A stretch of DNA of 64,000 nucleotides from assembly GCF_030144855.1 (NCBI RefSeq), contig NC_082731.1, forward strand, positions 11,470,001-11,534,000. Direction: 5' to 3'. This DNA comes from Hypanus sabinus (taxonomy: Eukaryota). Below are positions 52,660 to 64,000 of this stretch, piece after piece. The notes below the pieces were generated by a model. The model saw only the letters and a list, made by a program, of their open reading frames with translations, did no database searches and was not told where the DNA came from. The translations under genes were made by a program, and so were the position numbers. The first letter of the stretch is position 1. Each line of letters opens with the position of its first letter.

Positions 52660-53830
52660 GAATATATTCGAGACCCTTCATCAGGTCTGGAGAAAAGAGA
52701 TGAAGAGTAGATTTAAAAGGTGGGGGAGGAGATGGAGAAGCACAGGGTGACAAGTGTAACTGGGAGGGAGGGTTTAGATAAAGAGCTGGGAAGTTTATTG
52801 TAGAAAAAGATACAGAGCTGGAGAAGTGGGGAGTCTTAGGAGAGGACAGAAGGTCATGGAAGAAAGAAGATGGAGGAGGGGCATCAGAAGTAGGCCATGG
52901 GCAGACAAAGAGATAACGTGAGAGAGGGAAAATGAGATGGCGAATAGGGAAGGAGGGTGGCACTTTTATACACACTATAGAGATGTCTGTGATTCCTTTG
53001 ACCATTCGTCACTCCCCACTAATCTTCATTCTGGCACTTCCTATGCCTCCCTCTCGGATTCACCCATCACCTTGCGCTTCTCTGTCCCCTCCCCCATGTT
53101 TTAAATCTACTCGTCATCTCTTTTTTCCAGATTGCTGAAGGGTCTCGGACAGAAACTTCACTCCACACCACCGGTCAGGGCCCTAAACAGTACTCTAGAT
53201 TAGGCACCAGTTCACCGGCCAGACCGTTGGAGTCATCCACTGTATCCCGTGCTCCCGCTGCAGCCGCCTTTACAATTTAAATTGAAGGATCGCTTTGACG
53301 AGTACCTACCCTCCATCCACAAACAACAACCAAAAAATGGTGGCCAGCCATTTTACTTCTGATCCATATTCCCATTCCGACGTTCATTCATGGCCTCTTT
53401 TACCGTCAAATGACGCCACTCTCAGGCTGGTGGAGAAACACCTCATATTTCAGCGGGGTAGCCTTCAAATTGACAGCATGAACATGCATTTCCCTAACCC
53501 AGCATTTTTACGACCTCCTCTTCCTGCCTTTTTCAAATAGTCCACTCTCCTCTGCAATCCAATTCCTTTTCTCTTCATGTACTTTACCCTTTCCGCCTAT
53601 TACTTCCCTGATTCTCACTTCATACTCCCTCCTCCAACTACCTACCTTCCTCATAACCTAACTTCAGCTGTCATCTTCCAGCTTGTAAATCTTCTCCTTC
53701 ACTAAACTTATTCTGTGTTCTTACCACTTTACAATATAGATGAAGGGTCTCGGCCCGAAATATCGATTCTTTATTACTTTGCCTAGATGCTGCCTGACAT
53801 GTTCTCCCATCATTTTGTGTGTGATAGTTC
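52660..53830. mobile_element. Penelope fragments: opposed termini plus GIY-YIG remnant
   Basis: 52671-52750 is an inverted match to 53070-53150; plus-strand VIHCIPCSRCSRLY near 53232-53275; terminal repeat 53740-53825. Confidence 0.7.
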
Positions 53831-53999
53831 TATTAAGACACCATTCATCCCCCTTTCCAAAGAAAAAACAAGCCCACGCACGCCGGGCCTTTCATCTGAA
53901 GAGATGCGTTCTAAACTCGCCGAAATCCTGGTAAATCTTTTATGGACACACTAAAGCAAACACTTTATTACTATAGCGAGGCGATCAGAAATGAACACA

Positions 54000-54760
54000 A
54001 CATAATCTAGTAAACCAGAGATTTATGGAGCTGCAAGATTAACTCGCGGTACTTGACCTCAATCCTCCTACTAATACAGTCCAACACAGCATACACTTTC
54101 TTAACCAACTTATAGGGATATTCAGGAACTTAAGGACGTGAACACAAACTCCCCTCTGTTCCTACCTGCTACTAAGAATCCTACCATTAACCCTTTTTTT
54201 GTCTTGAAATTCGACCTTCTGAAGAGAACGTCCTCACAGTTTTCTGTATTGAATTCCATCTGCCACTTCTCAGCCCAGCTCTGAATCCTATTACTATCCA
54301 ATTGTAACTTACGACAACCATCTGCAATATCTATAACACCGCCAATCTTCTGCCAGCTGACTAAAGCACCTTCCCGCTTCTTCATCTAAGTCATCTGCAA
54401 CAATTCCAAACAACAGGGATGCCATAACAGTTCCTTGCACAAAGGAACTCACTACACACAGTCTTCAAGTCGAAATATCCTCCACTTATCTAGCACAGTT
54501 CTGTGGGCGAGCTAATTCAGCAAATGTCCCAAGATCGCCTGTCTTCTGACTTTCCAAATTAACCTACCATGGGTAACCTTGACAAACGCCTTACTAAAAT
54601 GTATAGTTACTGCATCCACTGATCAAGCTTTATTGCTTCTTGTTTTTACTTTCTCTAACAAGTTAATCATTATTCTCGTGAAGCACTACCTCAAACTCAC
54701 AACGGAACGATCATAACCCCTAATCAGATCTGGCTTTGCCAAATACTCGTAAACGCTGTC
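54000..54760 (-). mobile_element. CR1 LINE RT remnant
   Basis: ORF 54122-54385: LQLDSNRIQSWAEKWQMEFNTENCE. Confidence 0.7.
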
Positions 54761-56059
54761 TCTGGGAATTAGTTGTAATAGATTGCCCACCACGGACATA
54801 AAACTCACTGCTTTATAATTACCAGAATAATGATTTCTACAAATTTACTTAACGATTTTTCTGTCTAAATCAGTACTTGGTTGGTAGTATTGTCCCAACT
54901 TGCCACGCTCTCCCCTTACTTCGCTTTGAGCAGCGGACACACCCAGAATACCTTTCTGTGATGGTCAACACGCTGAGAACTTCAGAGCTCTTACATTAAT
55001 TTTCCCCTTAATTTTATCCCTTAGTTGTCAGATTCCAGAAAGTATGGCCCTTCTATCCCCGCTTGTCACCCTCCATCCTCTGTTTCCATATTCATCCAAT
55101 CCTTCTCGTCTAGCTACACCTGTATGATTCTTTCTTTTACCATTGTCTGCCTCCACCAATCACAATGCAACACCTTATCTCCCTTTCCCACATTTATCTG
55201 CAGCTGTCCACGTCAATCACCCCGGCTAGGTAAGATTTTCACCTCCAGCGTTTTGGCTCAACTTCCCTCTCTCTTCTTCACAGAGCCTGCCTTCCTCCTC
55301 CACACTCAGCTCTGAGGTACAGCCTCGATATCCGAAACTCTCCCCTCACAATCGTGCATGGCCCAGCGAATTCCTCCAGTGGATGTTTCTGTACCAGATT
55401 CCCCGCAACTGCAGTTTCTTGTGGCCCGTTCCTATCTCTGTGTACCTCTTCTTGCGTTCTAATTCTCGAACGGTCCTCATTCACTCTTAGATCAGACAAC
55501 CTTGGTCATACCTTATTCCAGTCATCCCGGGTTTATTCTAACAGGAATGCTAATTACTCACTGTGCTTTACAAGTTTCTTTATCTCCTCTCAAGTTTTGA
55601 AGAAGGGGTTTCAACCTCAATTGATCACCGCATTTCACTTCTCGCAGATACAGCTTAACTTACTGAGTATTTCCAGCGTTTCAAAGTTTTCTATTTTAAT
55701 TCTTCGCAGTATTGAAGTTTAGTAAAATGCAACACATCTCCTCCAGATGAAGACACTGCAATAAGATAAGAAGAAACTTAAAATATTCTTTACGCACTGG
55801 CACTGAGGTTCGCATGGAATACTTTCGCCCAGGAAGCTATTAATGCTGTGGGTGAATGATTCAAAGGTAATTGTTTAATTTGTATTAGCCGTGTAAGCTA
55901 CAGAAGTTGCTTGTTCATCCAAATCAGGAATTATTTAACGGTGTATGAATAAACGAGAGAAATCCATCACTTGTGCTCTGTATCTATACAACATCCTTTC
56001 ATCCAATTTTACGATCGGTCTGTTTTTTGTGGAGTAGATGTTATTAGATTAGATTCCAC

Positions 56060-56440
56060 TTTGCAGTTAGCATCTAAACAGAAATGCAAAGAATAGTGTT
56101 ATTTGCAAAATAACTGTGAATAAAAAGTAAGTGCTACAGCACACAAATACGAAAGTACTGAGACAGTACAATATGGGTGCAATACTACTTAAAGCTGTGA
56201 TGTGAGGTTCAGCAGGGTCACAGCCTCAGGGAAAATGTTCTTGCTGTGCCTGCTGGTGCGGAGGCGGAGGCTCCTATAGCGTCTACCGGATGGGAGGAGA
56301 GTATATGTCCATGGTTGGGGTGAGATGCATTTTTCATAATGCTTTTCGCCCTGCCCAGGCAGTGTCTATGGTAGATGTTGTCAATGGTGGGCAATTGGGT
56401 GCCGATAATTCGCTAGGCAGTTTTCTCCACACACTGGAGT
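56060..56440 (-). mobile_element. Rex1/Babar-like LINE 3' fragment
   Basis: gaggcggaggctcctatagcgtctaccggatgggagg is the reverse of the LPSGRRYRSL motif. Confidence 0.6.
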
Positions 56441-56800
56441 GTTTGCTCTGAAGGTAAACAGATTTCTATAGAGATTTCATTATAAAATTTCATTACCACG
56501 TCTCATTCGTTATTCAGTTGTCAATCCCGTCAACGTCTCCTATGTTGATTAGCATAACTCAACGTTATTTGTTAAATACTAATTTAGTCGTCCCACAATT
56601 CAACTTTAAAATTACATTTCCTCCTCCAGGATTGGACACGCTGATAACCTGCTGGAAAATGACTTTGTTTTCCCATCAGCTTCCTAACTGAGAAGAGTCC
56701 CACCTCTTCCTCATCCATTGCTCCTCCGTTCTTCACCACGAAATTTAACCATAAACAATTGTTTTATTGACCAGTTCTCATCTCCGTCACAGCTCTTAAT

Positions 56801-56862
<62 letters not shown>

Positions 56863-56903
56863 ACTCACTTAAAGCAGCAAAGATAGATGCGTCTGAGTGC
56901 GCG

Positions 56904-56947
<44 letters not shown>
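56801..56947. repeat. Compound microsatellite: (TC)n, (TCAC)n, (GC)7(AC)17
   Basis: Read directly: TC tract 56801-56858; (GC)7 56899-56912; (AC)17 56913-56946. Confidence 0.95.
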
Positions 56948-56948
<1 letters not shown>

Positions 56949-57330
56949 GAGTGAATCAAAGAATCTAATCTATACGCATTCAAATAATGCATTGAAGCAT
57001 ATCTTTCCATCAGCTTCTTCCCTATCGTTTATCGTATTCGCCTTGCAAATCCCGCTGACCTTGTCAGTAATTCCTTCTTTTAGAGTTATAATCTTCGTGC
57101 ATGGTATTTTAGTTATTTTATGTAGTGACATCACATTCATTCGAATTATTAAGTATGGAATGTAGACACTAGTGAAACTCCACCAAAACCCAAACATACA
57201 TTGCGGAAAAGCTGAATTACTTATGCTAGAATAATTAATTCACAAATTGCACCACGATAAAATGTGAAATATACGTCAAACATTCTAATGTGTTTGCTTC
57301 GGCTATTGGATGATTGAAATTCGTTATTAC

Positions 57331-57488
57331 CTTTATAGCCGTTATCAATGCGTTGTACATCATACTCGTCAGAAAAAGGATCACAAAGGCGGGAAGCGTT
57401 GAAGGAGGAGAGCCATTTTCATCTACGTTTGCGAATAATTCTTCACCGTCTGAATAGTCACCCAGGTCTTCCGGAATTTCACTGATTT
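57331..57488 (-). CDS. IgW: IgH transmembrane exon TM1 (acidic spacer + TM helix)
   Basis: Acceptor tttctatttcag, phase 1; encodes (E)ISEIPEDLGDYSDGEELFANVDENGSPPSTLPAFVILFLTSMMYNALITAIK; donor AAG|GTAATA; F..LFL.S..Y...T..K pattern of Ig TM segments. Confidence 0.85.
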
Positions 57489-58856
57489 CTGAAATAGAAA
57501 TATATATTTTCTTAGGAAAGCAAAATACACTGATGACCCACTTCCCTTGAAGGACTTGTTTATGAGACCGCTCTGAACTTCAAGTTTCAATTGAACATTT
57601 GCTCAGTTGCGCTTAATAGGTACTGGATTCCAAACTGAATTCGCTGCGTGCATGACTCAGTTGTTTAGATTGGTTAGAACTAAAGAAAATAGTTTTATAT
57701 CGTCCTTCTCAATTTTACTTGATGTTCTTTTTTTAATTAATGACCACGTATCCATTCGATCCAGATTTCGGATAAGTACAATCCCAGACGGTGAAATCTC
57801 TTTCTCCAGTTTAAGTTCTGGTAAATGCGTAGTGCGAATTAGAGTTGGAATTTATTAGGTGTTCAGGAAGTGGAATTGAGGAAGTCGTTTATATTTATCC
57901 GATGATGTACAGATTTGTCATAGTTACAGTTAAATTCATTAAAGTGACATCAAATGAGGAAAAACACTGTTCCAACAGGCGTTTGACAATATTCACCTCC
58001 TCACCTCTCGCATATTCCGAGCAGTTGCCTCCGTATCCGATCCCCATAGAGAAAAGACATAATTCAATAAATACTGTGATATTCCTTTCTTCTGGCTAGC
58101 TTTGGTTTACGTAGTTGCAGCTTGCCTTCCACTTGAGCGTTTTATTCTTCTAAATGAAAATTGAAACTTCGCTTTTGGCGACTGTTTTAGTCCGTGACGT
58201 TTCAGTAACCCGCATGCATGAATATCTTTCTTCTCTTTCCAATATCCACGGCTTCTAACACGCTGATACCTTAAATATATTTTTCACTGATCCTCTAAAC
58301 TGAGCACCTGACACTTCACAATATTTGACGGAACATAGCATATTCTTTCATTCATTAGTTTTCCTTCATAAGATCACATTGTTTACAATGCTGTCAATAT
58401 TATAGCCACCAGTCACTTGGACTTCTCTGTACAGTCAGCTGAGCGGTTAATAATTGAAAACAGGAGTGCTAAAGGGAATGCAATGTGCCCCACCAAGCAA
58501 GACCATATAATCCTAAAACCTCAGTTACTTGCAGCCGAGCCAAGATAATAAGATTCTGACTGAAATCGCCACTGTAGATGTGAGATGAGAGATATCACCT
58601 CTCCAGAAGCATATTAGGTTAATTTGGAATTCTTAAGGACGGATACAGTAACACTGGATTGATTTAGACTACAGACGACGCACCAATACTTACATAACTA
58701 CAAGTTACAACTCCTTGAAAATCTATTAACTATGGACACGCGACTGTCTATTGCAGCCTCAGTCTGTGCTTTCTTTATTTTTAATACTGTTAGCGCTTTC
58801 GAAATAAATCTGTTACACATCAGTTTTAACGTATTAACCAGTATGTTTCAACATTA

Positions 58857-58910
58857 TTGCAAGGAGTTGGAGGTTACTTGCAAGGAGTTGGAGGTTGCTT
58901 GCAAGGAGTT
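58857..58910. repeat. 21-bp tandem repeat, about 2.5 copies
   Basis: ttgcaaggagttggaggtt(a/g)c twice plus ttgcaaggagtt. Confidence 0.85.
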
Positions 58911-59959
58911 AAAGGACTCCAGCACAGCGCAGAATTAGGACTATTAGGTTAGGTTGCCAGAGATCCAATTGCCCGTTGATGTTCTATTTGTCTCGCGCAG
59001 CAAAGGCAAGCGCAGGGACGAGTGGAGGAGTTAGATGGATGATAGCACTCACTGATTTAGTATATCACAGTATATACTATTGGTTAGTATATCACAGTAC
59101 CAATACCAAAATAAAAAATCATGGGGAATATTTAACAGCGAACAGTTGGGGTTTTCAAACCCATGATCTAAGTATGCAGATTTAAGTAGCATATCAATAG
59201 AAATAGATGGGAAATGTGCAGACAGTTCTTGAACTACTTGTAATGTTTGGAACTTTCACATGACTGCCCGAAAATGCTTGATATATCTGATTGGGCACAA
59301 AGAGATTGAGAGGACAAGGATGAGGCTGTGGAGCTCCGAATTTCAAGATAAATATGTTCACAGAGAGACTTTGACAGATCTTTAACTCGTGTGTGTCAAT
59401 ATGCATAGGGAAGGTAAGCCAAATACCCTGTCTGCTGGAACACGATGACACACTCTCTGTTGTATAAAAGGGCTCTCGGGAGGGAATTGCCACAGTTGTG
59501 GGTGCTCAGAACTAGTGCAAGGATAAGTTTGTAGTGGCAGTTCAGTTGAGAAAGATGTAAAAACAGGTGTTGAATAAGTGCAAGTTATAGCGAGCATGGA
59601 CATCTATTTCCATATCAATCAATTACAAGGAATAGGGATGGTTGCAGGCGAATGACTTTTGTATTCGCTGATGTCGAAGGCTTTGGTCTTCTTCATTCTC
59701 TTGAGCACTGGATAAAGTATACTCAGCGTCAAAGGTCACATAGAGCTTGGATGAGAACGCTATTTACTTAGCATCAGGTATGTTTCTGCTTGAAATCAGC
59801 AACCAAGCATCATGTACTGTATTCACAAATATTCTCCATCGAAACGGTACAGTAATAATCCGGAATTAAGAAGAGATATTACTGCAGGACATTTCTTAGC
59901 GAATTCTGCGTAGACTTAAGTGAAATCTGAAAACCAGCAGCTCAGTTGATCTTTTCGAA

Positions 59960-60180
59960 TACGATTTTAGCAAAAACGTCATCTGTAAATTTGCCGATGA
60001 AACTGTTCTCAGCAGAATCCCAGAGTGTGAAGAAGAGACGTGCAAGAGTGAGAATAGTTAGCTGGTTGAATGATGCCGCAGCAACAACCTTGCTCTCAAC
60101 ATCATTAAGGGAAAAGAATTTATTGTCGACTTCAGAAATGAGAGGCGAAGGAACACACATCAGATCTAATTGAGGGGTCA
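59960..60180 (+). mobile_element. Rex1/Babar-like LINE RT remnant
   Basis: ICKFADETVLSRI...NNLALNIIKGKEFIVDFRN. Confidence 0.7.
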
Positions 60181-61067
60181 GCAATGGAAAGGGTGTGAAG
60201 TTTAAGCTCCAGGACGCCAATCTCTCTGAATATCCATTCAGATCCCAAAATATGGATGCAATTAGGAAAACAAAAAGACAGCCAGTGTTTTATTTCATTA
60301 TAGTTTGAAAAGGTTTGGTATGTCTCGAAAGACAATTTATGTGGAAGTCTAACATTCGAACTGGTATGTAGGCATGTGGTATGTGGGCGCTACGCAAAGG
60401 ATCAGTAAAAGCTGCAGAAGGTTGCATCCAACTCCAACATTGAGATCACTTTCAAAAAGAAGATTCCTCAAAAAATTGGCAACTGTCATTAAGGGCTCTC
60501 ACCACCCAGAACGTTCCTTCTTTTCACTGCTGTCACCAGGGATACAGTGAGACGAAGGCACCCACAAGAGATTTTAGGAACAGATTTTGTTTCCTTCACC
60601 AACAGAATCTAAACAATCCATGAACTGATGAACATAGCGTGCTTGCTTTGCTCTCTTAATTATCGCATTATTGTTGTGATTTTTTAATGTTTTTTGTATT
60701 GAATTGTGCTGATGCCGCAAAAATCACTACATACGGACATGAAAATAAACTTGATCCTCATCCATATTCCGAGCTGATGTCTGTGGACCTTTCGCTTTCA
60801 AAGTTCAGATGAGAGGTACAGATGCATGAACGAGTCCATCCGTTAAACTAGATCACGAAACTCATTTCTACGAACTGCTAGGATCTGAATAACCTCAGTA
60901 GTTTCCCCTACATCGTTGCCTGCCCCGTCTCGCTGCCATATTTGCAATATGTCAGAAGGAAATAGCAGTGTACCAGATGTATTAATGAAGCTAATATATA
61001 AAACCGAGTCATGTTAGTTGCAAAGATAAGAGAACACACTTGGAAGGTAAGAGGTTTTCATTCTGAA

Positions 61068-61073
61068 TTTATT
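61068..61073 (-). promoter_or_regulatory. Poly(A) signal of the secretory-form IgH mRNA
   Basis: First minus-strand AATAAA after the tailpiece (about 290 nt past its stop), followed by GU/U-rich gtgtgttctcttatcttt. Confidence 0.6.
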
Positions 61074-61365
61074 TCAAAGTAAAGTGGCATACAGAATAAA
61101 TCACTATCTGCTATCTATTCCGTGACTTACTAACATTTCCGAAGTACTATATTTTCAGAATCACTGTAAATCATTCTGATGTTATCGAGAGCTCATCACA
61201 ATGTTACCGAACAGATGACATTAACGGAATATTTCACTTGTGGTGCGAACATCTGAAGAGTGAATACTATGCGTGGTCTCCTGTGAATCTGCAAAGCGAA
61301 AACTCAAACAGCTACGCAGTAAGCAAGAAGTACTTCCAAAGTATTAGTCATTGAATAAAGCAAAA

Positions 61366-61427
61366 TTAGACGCACGATTTAAAGTTGTCAGTTAGTACAA
61401 GTGACACGTTAACTCAAGTAGGTTTAC
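61366..61427 (-). other. IgW: Secretory tailpiece with internal nonsense codon: GKPT*VNVSLVLTDNFKSCV*
   Basis: Contiguous with the last CH exon; TGA at 61414-61416; the downstream frame keeps the NVS sequon, penultimate Cys and TAA at 61366-61368. Confidence 0.9.
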
Positions 61428-61748
61428 CGTGAGATTTATTAATACTTCTGACTATATTTGTTTGTAGCGACGGATGTCCAACCAAACATGTATAGGTGGT
61501 TCCCTTCTCCCAGTCTTCTGCGCTGATCCTCAGTTTGCTGGTGACCGAGTTAGAGCCGTTTTCCTTATCGCTGTTAAACTGGATGGAGTATCCCGAATGC
61601 AAAAGGTTGTCATTAGCCATCCAGCCGACGTATATATCTTCCGGATAAAAACTGGTCACGAGGCAAATTAGGGTAGCTGCTTCCTCGGCTTGAATCTCCT
61701 CAGCTGATGGGTAGAAGAGGTAGGCTTTCGGACGGTGCATTTCAGTAA
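61428..61748 (-). CDS. IgW: IgH last constant domain exon (C1-set; IgW terminal CH or IgNAR C5 homologue)
   Basis: Acceptor tttttctattccag; 321 nt; VTEMHRPKAYLF...TLICLV...VGWMAND...YTCLVGHPSL...SINKSH; internal donor CAC G|GTAAAC for TM splicing. Confidence 0.93.
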
Positions 61749-61925
61749 CTGGAATAGAAAAATATATGCTCAATTAGTTTCGTCTGTGACTTGCAGATTA
61801 CTCCGAAATCCTCCAGATTAGAGGAGCTTTTATTTACCATTCTATTGACTGGTTCATGAATATCAATGTCCAACAGTTAATTTAATGCATTCTGTGGCCT
61901 CAACACGGGGTTTAATTGCGCTTAC

Positions 61926-62246
61926 CCTTGTTTTTTTTCGTGGCGATTATCAGTGGTGTTGGCAGATCATGGTCTTCTATGAAGCAGAGGTATTCGGTTC
62001 CACTGTTCCACTCCTCTGCACTGACTTTCAGTTTGGTGACGATGACGAATTTACTTCCCCTCCACTCTGGACCGCGAGTCTCTACTCCGTTCATTCTCCG
62101 ACTCCCATTTACTCGCCAGGAGACTGTGACATTCTCTAAATCTGTGTAAACCACTTCGCACACAATTGTTGCTCTCCGACGCATCCAAATCTCTTCAAAG
62201 GAAGGCTTTTTTATGATGGCATTAATGTCAGCCTCATGGCAGTCTT
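61926..62246 (-). CDS. IgW: IgH penultimate constant domain exon (IgW or IgNAR C4 homologue)
   Basis: Acceptor ctcttttttcccag; 321 nt; EDCHEADINAIIKKPSFEEIW...TIVCEVVYTDLENVTVSW...YLCFIEDHDLPTP; donor AAG G|GTAAG; 177-nt intron in frame with the next exon. IgW is preferred over IgNAR from the GKPT-x-VNVSLVL tail and the non-IgM-like TM. Confidence 0.92.
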
Positions 62247-64000
62247 CTGGGAAAAAAGAGGGAATGGTTATATTCATTCTGCGATGTTCAAGATGTGGAT
62301 TGTAACAACTATAGCCAGATCACAGTAGCTCATATTCCCACTTACTATGCATTTCTCTGTGACTTTTTTCTGCTTCCATAATAGAGCTATCCTTGCCTTA
62401 TCAGTCTGACTCCTTTGTCTTCCTTGTCTGATATCCTCATTGACTCTCCCGATTATTGATACCACAGAGCAAACAGTACACTGACATGACTTACAGTAAG
62501 TACTTTCTCCTATTCAGGGATGGAAATGTTCACTTTCAGATCTTCAAAATACTGAGGGAAAACGTGGCTTCTTTAAAAGATACTCACACAAAATCAGCAA
62601 AAGATTAGTCTTCTAGTCCCCAATGTGATTCTAAAGTAAGTTGTTCGAAAAGAACAATTAAGCGGAATGTTATACTTAGTTAAACCTGCAGCACTTTCTC
62701 CATTATGGACAGAGTAGAACACTATTCTAAATAAGAAAACAAAATATAACATTCTAATAAATTCTAATGAAGAACACTGTTGTGTGGTTTGCATTCAATA
62801 CCTCATTACTTTATGAACTGACTGACTGCTAGCTCTTCAATATTTTCTGTCATATTTTGTGGGAAATAGGAAAATTTACCAGTAACATGGAACCGAAGCG
62901 GCCACGTTGACTCCGTAGGTTACCACGTGCCATAAAAATTACTGGAACCATGCATTCGCAGGGAGCGTTTGCCACTTAATTGATCTTGATAATTATAAAA
63001 GTCTACAGCGCTGTATGATCCAACGCCTGCATTATTTACTACCCAATGGATTCCAGAAAAAATAAAAGCTGTGGTATTAAAATACAGTAACATTTGGAAG
63101 AGTAAATTCAGTTTCAAGGATGTACGAGCCTTTAGTATTTCTGCTTTATTACTTTTGTTTCGAACTCTCGATGCAACTGGTAAGTCCATTGTTTACCTGT
63201 CTTGCATAGAAAATATGAGCTATTTTCCTGAATTGCTTTAATGCTTCTAGTGACTCATAATTTTCACAGCTGTTGGGTAGCGAGTTACAGGGTATAAGCC
63301 CATCGAAACTGAAGGGAAAGTGCTATACTCTACTTCCAAGTGAGACCCGCGTATTTGAAGCCCCAGTCCATCATGGTATTTTGTGTTTGGGTGTTACTAT
63401 CAGTGTAGCTCAGGTGAATAAAAGCAGTCCACTTTGTGCATGTTAAACAGTACAGCAACCATGTACCAGAAATGAATGAAATAAGGGTTTACGGCCCTAA
63501 AAGCTGTGGTGAACAGGATATCACGGTGATCGATACTGGCGCCACGGATGCTCTGAATCTATTTCAATGATATTACTGGGGGATGTACTGTAATATGTCT
63601 GTTTACTGGGAATACAAGCTACGTGGCATTGTGGGTTGTGGGAAAGATTTTGGGACAATTTGGTGGGATTTAGACAAGATAAGTAAATTTGCAAGAACTT
63701 AGCAGACTGAATGTAACGTGGAAAACGTGAGGATATCGACTTAGGAGAAATAAATATGACGATAGTAAATTTTATGAATGGTCGGAAACTGGAAAATGTT
63801 GGTGCTCTGGGTGGTCCGAATGTTCTTGTGCATAAACCATTGAATGTGTGGAGAAGACTGTTACAATTGTCCGGATCTTATGTCATAGAAATCTCACTTT
63901 GCAGTCAGTGCCAACCTTAGGATGTGATATCGATCTTCCCGCAAGAAGACATGGGCTACTTCATTTGATGAGGCTTTGTGATTAGATTTGTCCAATATGC

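Noticed and set aside
1-57000. A further Ig cluster (V, D, J, leader or CH exons) downstream of this gene
   Set aside because: No YYC or WGxG motifs, C1-set ORFs or complete heptamer-nonamer signals found by eye; a tblastn with IgH V/C domains would be decisive
59057-59120. Duplicated ttagtatatcacagta with RSS-like CACAGTA and A-rich tract
   Set aside because: Nonamer matches only 6 of 9 and no D or J segment is adjacent; better explained as a 27-bp local duplication
59460-59500. TATAAAAG with downstream initiator-like sequence, antisense to the Ig gene
   Set aside because: A single motif with no other support; may be an LTR remnant
62274-63189. Minus-strand ORFs upstream of the penultimate CH exon as another Ig domain
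   Set aside because: No Cys-Trp-Cys C1-set pattern; upstream CH exons presumably lie beyond the window

Overview
Vertebrate genomic DNA, by inference a cartilaginous fish (probably a ray). The one host gene supported is the 3' end of an immunoglobulin heavy-chain gene on the minus strand, most likely long-form IgW (IgX/IgNARC, the IgD orthologue); IgNAR is the alternative. Visible parts: penultimate CH exon (61926-62246), last CH exon (61428-61748), a secretory tailpiece broken by an in-frame TGA, a poly(A) signal, a TM1 exon (57331-57488) and a candidate TM2 exon (VK-stop, 39565-39573) about 17.8 kb further on. The rest is mostly transposable elements. These include a very young Bel/Pao LTR element (5700-10346; LTRs differ at 4 of 672 nt; TTGAC TSD) with one open 1068-aa ORF that has lost RT, RNase H and the integrase core by in-frame deletion. 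Also present: a complete but decayed sushi-like Ty3/gypsy chromovirus with a self-priming signature (46152-51153), further gypsy remnants, three solo LTRs, CR1, Rex1/Babar and Penelope retroelements, a foldback Tc1 composite and a mariner-type MITE. I found no V, D or J segments, RNA genes or CRISPR arrays. Alignments and counts were done by eye; repeat-fragment boundaries without TSDs are approximate.
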